Positions 15,766-26,000 of a stretch of DNA of 32,000 bases are shown in pieces. Origin of the DNA: Siccibacter turicensis LMG 23730 (lineage in GTDB: Bacteria > Pseudomonadota > Gammaproteobacteria > Enterobacterales > Enterobacteriaceae). The stretch covers positions 811 through 32,810 of the forward strand of contig NZ_AWFZ01000016.1 of NCBI RefSeq assembly GCF_000463155.2, in the 5' to 3' direction. How positions within the stretch are numbered: position 1 is the first letter of the stretch; every line of letters starts with the position of its first letter. Position numbers and translations under genes: made by a program. The notes under the pieces are model-generated. The model had not been told where the DNA came from and did no database searches. It saw only the letters and a list, made by a program, of their open reading frames with translations.

Positions 15766-18700
15766 TGCTTGAGGTCTACACAATCTATGGTGGCGGGATG
15801 TGGAAAACGGCTTTCGATGCCGTAGTCACCTTATTCGGGACCAGCACCTGGGGAACGCTGCTGCGTATGGCCGGCACGTTCTCAATACTCGGGGTGCTGG
15901 CCACATTCGTCAAAGGGCGCAACCCGATGGTGTTCATCCAGTGGCTGGCACTGTTCATGCTGTTTACCAGTGTGCTGGTCGTGCCTAAGCGCTCGGTACA
16001 GATAATTGATATCACCGACCGGGCGCAGGTGTGGGTGGTCGATAACGTGCCGGTGGGGCTTGCTGGCATCGCATCCCTGACAACCAGTATCGGTTACAAC
16101 ATGGCGTCCCTCTACGACATGGTTATGGCCCGGCCAGACTCGGTGACCTACACCAAAACCGGGATGTTGTTCGGCTCCCAGCTGGTTGCGGAAAGCAGTG
16201 ATTTCCGTACCCAGAACCCGGAGCTGGCGCAGATGCTGCCCGACTACGTGGAAAACTGTGTTATCGGGGATATCCTGCTCAATCACAAGTACACCGTAAA
16301 TGAGCTGATGAACTCAACCGATCCGCTCACGCTTATCACCGATAACCCCAGCCCGCTGCGCGGTATCTACAAAACCGATACCTATACCCGTCAGTTCCTG
16401 ACCTGCCGTGAGGCGGCCACGCAGATCCGCACGCTGGCCAACCTTGACAGTCAGCTGGGTGGGGCATCGTTCCAGCGGCTGGCCAGCAAGGTTTTCGGCA
16501 CGCGTATGAATGGTACGGCGCTACTCAGTCAGTCGATGGGTGAAAGTTACGGGTTCTTTTATGCAGGTGGTCTGACCGCGTCGCAGATCATGAAGAACAA
16601 CATCACCAACAGCGCCATTCAGCAGGGTATCCGGGGATTTGCGGCACGTTCTTCTGACACGGCAAACCTGGTGAATCTGGCAGTGGAGAACTCTGCCACA
16701 AAACAGCGTCTGAGCTGGGCCGCGGGCAGTGCGCTGGCAACGCGTCAGCTGCCTTTCGCGCAGTCCCTGCTGATGCTCATTATGGTGTGCCTGTTCCCGC
16801 TGGTTATCACGCTTGCGGCGGCAAACCACTCCATCTTTGGCCTCAATACGCTGAAGCTTTATATCTGCGGGTTTATCTACTTCCAGATGTGGCCGATCAT
16901 GTTCTCCATCCTGAACTTTGCCTCCACCTACTGGCTGCAGACGAAAACAGGCGGCACGCCACTGGTGCTGGCCAACAAGGATGTGGTTGCCCTGCAGCAC
17001 TCTGATGTTGCCAACCTCGCCGGGTACATGTCGCTCTCTATCCCGGTACTTGCCGCAGTGTTGACCAAAGGGGCTGCGGCGATTGGTTCCCAGGTGGCAG
17101 GCAGCGTGTTCAGTTCGGCTGCGTTTGGTTCAGCAGGTGTGGCCGCCACTACCGCCGACGGTAACTGGTCGTTTAACAATATGTCGATGGATAACGTTCA
17201 TCAGAACAAGCTCGATACCAACCTCTCGCAGCGTCAGGGGCAGCAGACCTGGCAGGCTGACAACGGCTCCACCCATACTGTCACCGCCAGCGGCATGAAC
17301 GTTATTGACGGCTCGGGCGCGATGTCGAATCTGCCGGTGAACATGAAGCTCAGTCAGCTGGCCAGCAGCGGATTCCAGGAGCAGGCGCGGCTGTCGCAGG
17401 TACAGGCCCAGTCCTCCCTTGATGGCTATAACCACAGCGTGACAAGCGGATGGTCCCAGTTGTCCCAGCTTTCACACTCAAGCGGCAGCAGTGACAACCT
17501 GACGCAGGGCAGTGATAACAGCCAGGCCACTAATGCCACCCGCGGGGCCAGCATGATGATGTCGGCCGCAGAGAGCTATGCGAAAGCTAATAATGTTTCC
17601 ACGCAGCAGGCTTATAACGAGCTGATGGATATCAGTAACCAGGGTAGTTTGAGTGCCGGAGCAAAAGTCACTGGTGGTGCCGGATTCAATATCGGGTTTG
17701 CGAAAGTCGGGGGAGAACTATCCGCAGGCGCGGACGTTCGACACACCACTGGCAGCTCACGAGGCGTGCAGGACGTTAACTCTAGTACAAATGACCATCG
17801 TCATGACCAGAACAGTCAGGCTGTTAATGACTTCAGACGTGGCATGGATATGGTTTCCAGCACCCGTATTACAGATGCCGGTAGTCACTCTGATAATGTT
17901 GCCACCAATGACGTGCAGCAGTTCGCCGCCACACTTAACGATGCGAAAAGCCAGTATCATCAGTACACAACCAGCTCCACACAAAGTGATGAGTACAGCC
18001 GTATGGCCACAATGGCGCAGAACCAGAGTGCCAGCCTTGATACGAACTATACGCAGGAGTTTGTGGACTGGGCATCAAACAAGTACGGCGATAAAGCGCA
18101 GAGTGTTCTCACCAGTGCACCGTCAGCCCGGGAAGCCGCAATGGAATTCGTTGATGAGCGCCTGAAACCTGAAATTATGGGTGACTACCAGCAGGGCCGG
18201 AGCGAGCTGCGCAGTGGTGATGATCATAACGTGTTTGCGGGACAGAGCGTTGCAGAGGCCAGTCCGGTATCCGGCACAACCTCAGTTAACTCGAATGTGG
18301 CACATCGGGGCACAGTAGCTGATGAATCTTCAGGGCGAACAGCTGAGCGTGAGCAAACGTCGGCACTGATGGGTAACAGCGCAATCGTTCCTCAGAGTCT
18401 GAGCGGACCAAGAGGAAATGGTGCTCGGGGTGGTAATGACCGGCCTGTTTATGATGGTGATAACCTTCAGCGCGCCATGACATCTGATTTCAGGAACAAC
18501 CAGGCTGCAATAAAAACGCAGGCTGGACAGGAATTCCCGGCAAACAGTGACATCGCTGCACGCGTGGCAGAACAAAGATCTGAAAACGCGCAGAATATCA
18601 ACAATTCTGCTGGGGAAATCGACAAAAAACAATCCACTGTTCAGGCATCCAGTGATATTCTTAAAGATGAAAACAGTAACTCTCATGGTAAATTCGCCGT

Positions 18701-18806
18701 AGGGCGTAAAGAACATGAAATTGATCAGCAAATGCCAGTTATAGATAGTAGTGAGAAAGATAAGCTTAAAGACCAGCTGGCAGAGCTAAGGAAAAAAACT
18801 GGGTAG
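15765..18806 (+). CDS. traG: Polytopic inner-membrane protein TraG (F-type; pilus assembly N-domain, mating-pair stabilisation/entry-exclusion target C-domain)
   Basis: TAATG overlap with the traH stop. The 1013 aa product has multiple N-terminal TM segments followed by a long hydrophilic Ser/Gln/Asn-rich C-terminal half. Position before the exclusion genes is as in F (F TraG is about 940 aa). Confidence 0.9.
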   Translation: MLEVYTIYGGGMWKTAFDAVVTLFGTSTWGTLLRMAGTFSILGVLATFVKGRNPMVFIQWLALFMLFTSVLVVPKRSVQIIDITDRAQVWVVDNVPVGLAGIASLTTSIGYNMASLYDMVMARPDSVTYTKTGMLFGSQLVAESSDFRTQNPELAQMLPDYVENCVIGDILLNHKYTVNELMNSTDPLTLITDNPSPLRGIYKTDTYTRQFLTCREAATQIRTLANLDSQLGGASFQRLASKVFGTRMNGTALLSQSMGESYGFFYAGGLTASQIMKNNITNSAIQQGIRGFAARSSDTANLVNLAVENSATKQRLSWAAGSALATRQLPFAQSLLMLIMVCLFPLVITLAAANHSIFGLNTLKLYICGFIYFQMWPIMFSILNFASTYWLQTKTGGTPLVLANKDVVALQHSDVANLAGYMSLSIPVLAAVLTKGAAAIGSQVAGSVFSSAAFGSAGVAATTADGNWSFNNMSMDNVHQNKLDTNLSQRQGQQTWQADNGSTHTVTASGMNVIDGSGAMSNLPVNMKLSQLASSGFQEQARLSQVQAQSSLDGYNHSVTSGWSQLSQLSHSSGSSDNLTQGSDNSQATNATRGASMMMSAAESYAKANNVSTQQAYNELMDISNQGSLSAGAKVTGGAGFNIGFAKVGGELSAGADVRHTTGSSRGVQDVNSSTNDHRHDQNSQAVNDFRRGMDMVSSTRITDAGSHSDNVATNDVQQFAATLNDAKSQYHQYTTSSTQSDEYSRMATMAQNQSASLDTNYTQEFVDWASNKYGDKAQSVLTSAPSAREAAMEFVDERLKPEIMGDYQQGRSELRSGDDHNVFAGQSVAEASPVSGTTSVNSNVAHRGTVADESSGRTAEREQTSALMGNSAIVPQSLSGPRGNGARGGNDRPVYDGDNLQRAMTSDFRNNQAAIKTQAGQEFPANSDIAARVAEQRSENAQNINNSAGEIDKKQSTVQASSDILKDENSNSHGKFAVGRKEHEIDQQMPVIDSSEKDKLKDQLAELRKKTG

Positions 18807-18815
18807 GGGTGGGTT

Positions 18816-19553
18816 ATGAAAGTGGGAATGTTAACAAAGTCATTATATGCGCCGATCCTGTTATTATATTTTTGCGCGCCAATATATCATGATGTAATGG
18901 CATTTTCTGCAAACTATGATTTTACAGATTGGGTGATGTTAGGAGTCATATATGGCATTGGAACAATGTTTTCATTCCCATTACTTTATCTTCTATTCAA
19001 ACTAGAGCCGAAGCTTACTTCTTGCCGCGGTACAGGCATGCGTGCTGGTGCATGCTTGTTACTACTAATAGGGTGCATTGCTTTGTTTTGGAATGTCTCG
19101 GGGTTATTCTATGCCTCATTGCTAGTCGCAATTCTTTGCTCATTTTTTATTATGTTCTTGTGGCGTAGTGATCTAAATGCGAACGCTAAGATTTACAAAG
19201 AAAATCATACAGGCGCTATGTATGCAGTGAAGAATGGCAAGAGCAGGCTTTTAAATGTAAATGAAGTTACGCATGTTACTGCTCTGGTCGATGCTGGTAA
19301 ATTGCACATACATGAGTATGTCGGTGATTTCAACGCAGGTTCGTCTATCGCATCATCGCCGACGTTTGATAACGCTTCATTACATTCAGGTGTTAATTTA
19401 GACTCATCCTCAACTAACTATGTTAACCCCTCAACAGGATTACCTATGTCTGGGGGAATGTCAGGGTTAGACATTTCAGGTAACACTTGGGGTACAAGCT
19501 TCAACGACCCCGCTAATAATGGAACCTCTTATGACCCTAACCGTGGTTACTGA
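18816..19553 (+). CDS. Putative entry-exclusion inner-membrane protein (traS position), 245 aa with an extra soluble C-terminal domain
   Basis: Located between traG and traT. It has about 4 TM segments in the first 120 aa, then a 125 aa hydrophilic Asn/Ser/Gly-rich tail. It is strongly AT-rich: the 60-nt line starting at 18841 is 22/60 G+C. TraS proteins are not sequence-conserved, so the call is positional. Confidence 0.6.
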   Translation: MKVGMLTKSLYAPILLLYFCAPIYHDVMAFSANYDFTDWVMLGVIYGIGTMFSFPLLYLLFKLEPKLTSCRGTGMRAGACLLLLIGCIALFWNVSGLFYASLLVAILCSFFIMFLWRSDLNANAKIYKENHTGAMYAVKNGKSRLLNVNEVTHVTALVDAGKLHIHEYVGDFNAGSSIASSPTFDNASLHSGVNLDSSSTNYVNPSTGLPMSGGMSGLDISGNTWGTSFNDPANNGTSYDPNRGY

Positions 19554-19623
19554 TTAGTATGAGTAAGACTATCAGCAATTAAGATTCAATGTGTAAATAG
19601 ACCTATCAAAGTAGCTCCTCGTT

Positions 19624-19652
19624 GGGTTAATCCTCTGGATTAACCCTTTTTT
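19624..19652 (+). terminator. Strong rho-independent terminator-like hairpin between the traS-like gene and traT
   Basis: A perfect 10-bp stem GGGTTAATCC (19624-19633) / GGATTAACCC (19637-19646) has a 3-nt loop and is followed by TTTTTT (19647-19652). The T-tract is on the + strand only. Confidence 0.7.
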
Positions 19653-19669
19653 ATACCCACAGGAAAATT

Positions 19670-20401
19670 ATGAAACTCAACAAAATCGTTGTTGCGGGCA
19701 TCGTTGCGTCTGTATTCGTTCTCTCAGGTTGTGGCGCTATGTCTACCGCTGTTAAAAAACGAAACCTTGATGTTAAAACACAGATGAGTGAAACCATCTG
19801 GCTTGAGCCGTCATCTGAGAAAAGCGTGTATATCCAGGTGCGTAATACCTCGGACAAGGATATGTCCGGTCTGCAGGGGCAAATTGCCAAAGAGCTGTCA
19901 TCAAAAGGATACCGTGTGACTGGTTCGCCGGACGAAGCGTATTTCTGGGTACAGGCAAACGTCCTGAAAGCAGAGAAAATGGATCTGCGCCAGTCGCAGG
20001 GATTCCTCAGCAGCGGTTATGAAGGCGCTATTACCGGCGCGGCGCTCGGCGCAGGTATCACCGCGTATAACTCAACCTCTGCCGGCGCCACGCTGGGCGT
20101 TGGTCTGGCCACCGGTCTGATTGGCATAGCCGCTGACGCAATGGTGGAAGACATTAACTATACGATGGTGACCGATCTGCAGATTTCTGAGCGCAGCAAG
20201 GCCAGTGTCACGACCGACAATGTGGCCGCGCTGAAACAGGGCTCCTCCGGCGTTAAGCTGCAGACCAGCAGCGAGCAGGGGAATCGCATGAAGTACCAGA
20301 CCCGCGTGGTTTCAAATGCCAACAAGGTGAACCTCAAGTTTGAAGAGGCCAAACCGGTGCTAGAAGCCCAGCTGGCCCGTTCAGTAGCCGGCATTCTGTA
20401 A
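19670..20401 (+). CDS. traT: Outer-membrane lipoprotein TraT (surface exclusion / serum resistance)
   Basis: 243 aa with lipobox LSGC. It is near-identical in long blocks to recalled F TraT ([111 protein letters not shown]). Confidence 0.98.
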   Translation: MKLNKIVVAGIVASVFVLSGCGAMSTAVKKRNLDVKTQMSETIWLEPSSEKSVYIQVRNTSDKDMSGLQGQIAKELSSKGYRVTGSPDEAYFWVQANVLKAEKMDLRQSQGFLSSGYEGAITGAALGAGITAYNSTSAGATLGVGLATGLIGIAADAMVEDINYTMVTDLQISERSKASVTTDNVAALKQGSSGVKLQTSSEQGNRMKYQTRVVSNANKVNLKFEEAKPVLEAQLARSVAGIL

Positions 20402-20407
20402 TACCCC

Positions 20408-20428
20408 AGGGCTGTATTGCGCAGCCCT
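20408..20428 (+). terminator. Weak hairpin just downstream of the traT stop
   Basis: 7-bp stem AGGGCTG (20408-20414) / CAGCCCT (20422-20428) with a 7-nt loop, followed by ATCTATTTC. The T-tract is poor. Confidence 0.3.
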
Positions 20429-20517
20429 ATCTATTTCACTTCATCGGCCCGTACTGAAACCCGGCATATTTCTGCAAGTGGGGTGAGTACGCGGTAACTG
20501 TTAATACAGTGATATTT

Positions 20518-20564
20518 CGCTTCCTCACAGGGACTCGCTCTGCGTGTCCCTGTTTGCGGCGAGC
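20518..20564. repeat. Copy A of a CGCTTCCTC...TTGCGGCGAGC motif (ColE1-ori-proximal-like; possible single-strand initiation signal)
   Basis: CGCTTCCTCACAGGGACTCGCTCTGCGTGTCCCTGTTTGCGGCGAGC lies in the traT-traD intergenic region. It contains an internal 7-bp hairpin, CAGGGAC (20528-20534) / GTCCCTG (20546-20552). It is related to copy B at 29401-29452. Confidence 0.5.
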
Positions 20565-20630
20565 GCTTCCCTCTTATTTTTTTCCGCCACTGACCTAGAC
20601 CAGTGGTGCGATGACTGCTGGATAACATCT

Positions 20631-23078
20631 ATGAGCTTTGCAGGAAAAAACCTTACTCAGGGCGGGCAGATGACCGCCTACCGCTGGCGCATGTTCTTAC
20701 AGGTAAACAACTGGATTGGCTTCTGGGTGTTCGTCCTGTTCTTCGCGCTGGCGGCGATTATTTTTGTATGGCGTGTGCCACAGGAGGTTATGGAAAACGG
20801 TGCCTGGTACTGGTTTTCTGACTTCAACAGCAGCTTTATCGATCTGATGCCCAAAGGTGGCAAGCAGTACAACATCCATTACTACTACGCACCTGGGAAC
20901 GTCACCTACACACTGAAAATGACGCTGGCGCAGATGCATGCCGATCCGTACATGAAAGTCATGGGGGAGCGCTTTCTGACGCAGCTGCAGATGGCCACAC
21001 TGGTCAGCAGCATCTTCAGTTTCGGCGTGTTTCTGGCCATCGCTGTCTATATCGCCCGGATAGGCAGGCGCGAGAGTGAGGATGAGTATATTTCCGGCAT
21101 GCTGCTCACCGAGAAGCCCGCGGAAGTGAATGCGCTGCTGCGCAAAAACGGCGAGCTGTCAGATTTACGCGTGGGTGACCTGCATATGGTACAGCGTGCG
21201 GAGGTGATGAATTTCCTCATCCACGGCACCATTGGCGTAGGTAAATCCACCCTCATTCGCTGGCTGCTGCAGCACATTCGCAAACGTGGCGACAGGGCCA
21301 TTATTTACGACTCGGGCTGCACCTTTACCGAAACCCATTACAACCCCGCCACCGATATCATTCTCAACCCCCATGACGAACGCTGTGCTAACTGGCATCT
21401 GTGGGGGGAGTGCGTCGATGCCGTCGATTTCGACAACATGGCCTCAAGCCTGATACCGGTTGAAGGGGACTCCGATCCGTTCTGGGTCTCCAGTTCGCGG
21501 ACCATCTTTGCAGACCTGGCAATCCGTATGTCAGCCGACCCTGAACGCAGCATCGAGAAATTCCTGAAAACGCTGCTGTCGCTCGATATGAAAAGCCTGC
21601 GCGAGTATCTGGCCAACACCCCGTCCGCCAACCTGGTGGAAGAAAAAATCGAAAAAACCGCCATCTCGATCCGCTCAGTGGTGACCAACTATGCCAAAGC
21701 CCTGCGTTACCTGCAGGGGCTGGATGATGGTGTGAAGCCCCCGTTCACCATTCGCGAATGGATGACCACGCCGGCGTATGACAACAGCTGGCTGTTTATC
21801 TCCACTCAGGCACGTCACCGAAAAAGCGTGCGCCCCCTGATATCCCTGTGGGTATCACTGGCCACGCTCATGCTGCAGTCGATGGGGGAAAACAGCGACC
21901 GCCGTGTGTGGTTCATTTTTGATGAAATCCCGAGTCTGCAGCGCATCCCGGAGTTTAACGAAACCCTGGCGGAAGGCCGTAAATTTGGCGGCTGTTTTGT
22001 ACTGGGCGTACAGAACATGGCGCAGCTGGTTCACGTCTACGGTCGTGAGCTGGCCAAAAGCATCTTTGACCTGCTGAACACCCGTATGTATGGCCGTTCC
22101 CCCAGTTCTGAGATGGCAAAACTGGTTGAGGAGGAGCTGGGGAATCAGCGCCGCAAGGAGATACGTGAGCAGAACAGCTACGGTCTGGACCAGGTGCGCG
22201 ACGGTATCTCACTTGGTAAGGACAAGGTGAATAATCCAGTCGTGGATTACGAGCAGATCATGCAGCTGCCGAACCTGAGTTTCTATGTGCGCCTGCCGGG
22301 CGAATACCCGGTGGTGCGGCTGAAGCTGAAATTCCGTAAGCAGGCCAAACCTAATGTCGGCCTGATTGAGCGCAATATCCGCGACGCACTCAGCCCTGAG
22401 CTGGAAAAACTGGTGCTGGAAAACGAGCGAGCCAGTGCCGCTGCCGGGGTTAACTTCCCGACTGGTGATGAGTCACTGGAGCGCCGTGATACTACTGCGG
22501 CAGAAAGCAGCGTCACTCTGTCATCAGAGATGCTCCGCCCTGCCACGTCGAACGAGCCACGGTCCTCTACAGGCACATCCAGCGCGCCGTTAATGACAAC
22601 CGTTGAGAAACCGGCTCCGGCTCATGAAGCTCAACCCCCGACTGCTGTAACCCAGCCGGCACAATCTGTCTGGCCACAGCAAACCCCATCACCTGCAAAG
22701 CCTGTTTCTCCGTCGCGGCCACTGACCGGCGCGGCGCGGCTTTCCGCGTCCGATACCGCCAGTCTGGATGCACTCGACCGGCTCAAAAAGTCCCGACGCA
22801 GGGTGCAGGCCGAAGGCAGTGATGAAACCGATGCTGCCGCAACAGATGGCGGGGAGTCGCTGAATCTGGAGATGGACGTGGCTGAACTGGCAGACGGCGG
22901 GTTGCAGCTGACCACTGCCGGCACAGACCGCACAGATGACGACGTACCGGAGCATCACCGCGCCAGCCGGCGCATGGCTCAGGAAGAAGAAAACATTCTG
23001 CGTCACCGGGAGCACGACGATCCGGGATATGACGCTGATTACGCACGCTACTACGACGACGGAGAACTTGAAAGATGA
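20631..23078 (+). CDS. traD: Type IV coupling protein TraD (FtsK/SpoIIIE-like ATPase)
   Basis: The true start is ATG 20631 (MSFAGKNLTQGGQM versus F TraD MSFNAKDMTQGGQI); the track start at 20544 is an upstream extension. Walker A GTIGVGKST and Walker B-like VWFIFDE are present. ANLVEEKIEKTAISIRSV.TNY, EARKFGGC and a Pro/Gln-rich region followed by an acidic C-terminal tail match F. Confidence 0.97.
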   Translation: MSFAGKNLTQGGQMTAYRWRMFLQVNNWIGFWVFVLFFALAAIIFVWRVPQEVMENGAWYWFSDFNSSFIDLMPKGGKQYNIHYYYAPGNVTYTLKMTLAQMHADPYMKVMGERFLTQLQMATLVSSIFSFGVFLAIAVYIARIGRRESEDEYISGMLLTEKPAEVNALLRKNGELSDLRVGDLHMVQRAEVMNFLIHGTIGVGKSTLIRWLLQHIRKRGDRAIIYDSGCTFTETHYNPATDIILNPHDERCANWHLWGECVDAVDFDNMASSLIPVEGDSDPFWVSSSRTIFADLAIRMSADPERSIEKFLKTLLSLDMKSLREYLANTPSANLVEEKIEKTAISIRSVVTNYAKALRYLQGLDDGVKPPFTIREWMTTPAYDNSWLFISTQARHRKSVRPLISLWVSLATLMLQSMGENSDRRVWFIFDEIPSLQRIPEFNETLAEGRKFGGCFVLGVQNMAQLVHVYGRELAKSIFDLLNTRMYGRSPSSEMAKLVEEELGNQRRKEIREQNSYGLDQVRDGISLGKDKVNNPVVDYEQIMQLPNLSFYVRLPGEYPVVRLKLKFRKQAKPNVGLIERNIRDALSPELEKLVLENERASAAAGVNFPTGDESLERRDTTAAESSVTLSSEMLRPATSNEPRSSTGTSSAPLMTTVEKPAPAHEAQPPTAVTQPAQSVWPQQTPSPAKPVSPSRPLTGAARLSASDTASLDALDRLKKSRRRVQAEGSDETDAAATDGGESLNLEMDVAELADGGLQLTTAGTDRTDDDVPEHHRASRRMAQEEENILRHREHDDPGYDADYARYYDDGELER

Positions 23079-26000
23079 TGTCAGTCGCACCGGTAGCCTC
23101 GGCCGGCACAGCCGCAGGCTACTACAGCAATGCCGATAACTACTATTTTCTGGGCAGCCTACAGAGCCTTTGGATCGGTGAGGGTGCCCGTGAGCTGGGA
23201 CTGGAGGGAAATGTCCGCGGGGACGATCTCACTGCGGTACTGGAGGGCCGTCTGCCGGACGGCTCCCGTCTCGGTAAGGAGATGAACGGGATTCACGTTC
23301 ACCGTCCGGGACACGACCTGACCTTTTCTGCACCCAAAAGCGTGTCCATTCTGGCGCTGATTGGCGGTGACAAGGACATGCTGGAAGCGCACGACCACGC
23401 TGTGCGTGTTGCGGCCGGCTATGTAGAAAAGCTTATCTCCGCGCGCGACACAAAAGACGGGGTCACCTCCATTATCCAGACAGGCAAAATGGTGGCTGCT
23501 GCCTATACCCATGACACGTCGCGTAACCTTGACCCGCAGCTGCACACACACCTGCTGATCGCAAACATGACGGAGCTGAACGGTAAATGGAAGGCGCTGG
23601 CCACGGATTACATCCACGACGCCGGCTTTATCGAGACGGTAATGAAAATGCAGGTCACGCTCGGAAAAATTTATCGCGGCGCACTCCGTGAGCGCGTGGA
23701 AGCGCTGGGCCATGACGTGGAGACGGTCGGTAAGCACGGCATGTGGGAAATTAAAGGCGTGCCGGAAGACGTCCGCGAAGAGTATTCCTCACGCGGTCGG
23801 GAAATTCAGGGGGCAATTGGAGCTGAAGCCACATTGCGCAGCCGTGATGTGGCCGCCAAAGATACCCGACGCGCTAAAGTTGACCCCTCACGTCTGCGTC
23901 TTATGGAGCGCTGGCAGACCCAGATGAAGGAAAAGGGCTTCGACCTTAAAGGGTATATGGAAAGCGTCTCCCCCCGCGAGGATCGTGAAACGCGTTATCC
24001 GGAGCCGGTGCCGCCAGCGCCAGTCGAAAAAAACGGGCCGGGTATCACGCGGGAAAACGAGAACATCCCGGAAGTTGCCGCCCGGCCTGAGCGTGCACCT
24101 GACACGCCGGCAGCGCCCCGCAGCGATCGTGAAGTACCTGAGCCGTCACCGGCAATGCCAGGCGATCACAACCGGCACGACCTTACTCCGTCACACGATA
24201 AACAGCCTGAACCTGCCCCCCGGTCGGTGCCGGAACCACGTACTCCTGTTGCGGATAAGCCCGCCCCGGCATTACGTCAGGAAGTGCTGGACGCCGTAAA
24301 AATGGCCGTGTCGCAACTCAGTGACAGCAAAACCCGCTTCACCTGGGGAGAGCTGATGCTCACGACCACCGAGTTCAGTGACAAGCTTCCGGATATGAAA
24401 GAAGTGAAGCAGGCCATTGATGCCTCGCTGAAGGAGGGGCTTATTATCCCGCTGGACAGTGAAAAGGGCGTGTTCACATCCCGTATTCACCTGCTCGATG
24501 AGCTGTCCATCCAGGCGCTGAGTCAGGAGCACATCAGGGCGGGCAGCGTGGTGAGCTTTACCCGGCCAGAGCTGTACGCCCCTGCCTCGCTTGAAGTGGT
24601 CGAGCAAGACAGCCTGGTGCTGATGAATGCACCCGGCGGTGTTGCCGGTATCCGGGGGCTGACTTCACAGATTGCCGGTATCGCCATCGGTCACGGGCGC
24701 GAGGTAAGCGTGCTCGCCAGTTCAGCCGAACGCGCCACATCGCTTGCGAAAGACGAGACCCTGCGTGAGCGGCTTATCAGTCGCCAGCATGTCGTGAGCG
24801 GGGAATTCAGCCTGAAGCCCCAGAGCACGCTCATCATCGAAGGGGCGGAACGTCTGGGACTTAAGGAGACACTGGTGCTGCTCGGCGAGGCGCGGGTGAA
24901 AGACGCACAGCTGGTCTTTCTGGACAGTGCCGGTCGCCAGGCCAACGGGAACGCCATGTCGGTGCTGGAGTCTGCCGGCGTACCACGCAGCCGTCGCACC
25001 GAGCCGTCTCCCGGGCTGGAAACGGACGTGGTGAGCATCCCGGACAAACGTAACCGCTACGAGGCGCTGGCCAACCGCTTTGCTGAGCTGAGCGCCGGCA
25101 GTGAGCCGGTAACGGCGGTGGTCATCGGGCAGCGAGAGCAGAAGCAGCTGACGGGGCTTATCCGGGATGCGCTGCAGAACGCAGGACAGCTTGAGCGTGA
25201 CGGTGTCACGGTGGAAGCCCGCTCGCCGGTCTGGCTTGACGGCAAAACCCGGCGTATGCCTGGCTCGTACCGCAGCGGACAGGTTCTGGAGGACCGCAGC
25301 GATGCGCGTGAAACGCGGCATTACGTAATCGACCGGGTACATGAGGATACACGCATGCTGTCACTCATCGACGGCGATGGCGTGGTGGTTCGCCAGAAAA
25401 TCAGCAGCCTGACCGCCGACTGGCGTCTGTATAACAGTGAAAACATCAGCGTGGCAGAGGGTGAAAAACTGCTGGCCGTTGCCGGTGATAAAGCCGCCGG
25501 CCTGAAAGCCAAAGATCGCCTGCAGGTGACCGGCGTGAGCGACAGGGGTATCGAAGTGGTACGCGACGGTAAACCTCTGGTACTGCCTGCTGACCGCCCG
25601 CTCTATATCACCCACGGGTATGTGGCCGCTCCCGGCGGGCGGGATAATGACAACGGCACGGTACTGGCCGCGCTTAACAGCCGGGATATTACCGCCCGCA
25701 CCATGAATTCCCTAGCCCAGTCCGGGCAGCGTGCAGAAGTGTTTACCGCCGAAGCACAGGACCGGGCTGAAGCCCGCCTTCAGCGTATGACAGACCTCAG
25801 CTCACCCGTACAGCTGGTTCGCCGGCTCAGTGGTCAGGAGGACGTGTCACAGGCCGTTGGCACACTGCAGCAGGGCGTGAAAAGTGACGCCGCGCTTGCC
25901 GTGCACCGCGCCATCGCGGATCAGCGGTCGGTGGTGTTCAGCGAGCTGAAGCTTGTCGAGGCTGCGCAGGGTTTCCACCCGGATATGGTGGCGGTCGGGC

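Noticed and set aside
14893-15783. 296-aa - strand ORF
   Set aside because: It is antisense to the well-supported traH. The same compositional-artefact argument applies, and it has no SD or recognisable domain.
20478-20485. GTGGGGTG octamer resembling the core of the F oriT nic region (GTGGGGTGT/GGTGC)
   Set aside because: Only 8 nt match, and one such match is roughly what chance predicts in 64 kb of two-strand sequence. The flanking nic-site bases differ. It also lies on the + strand, which is predicted to be the non-transferred strand. The true oriT should be upstream of the window.
20544-20630. Upstream extension of the traD ORF
   Set aside because: The F-like TraD N-terminus MSFAGKNLTQGGQ begins at ATG 20631. 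The extension covers the intergenic repeat and hairpin region.
23159-25342. Several 100-200 aa - strand ORFs inside traI (for example 23159-23737 and 24722-25342)
   Set aside because: They are antisense to conserved relaxase and helicase-associated domains of traI. I judge them GC-driven open frames.
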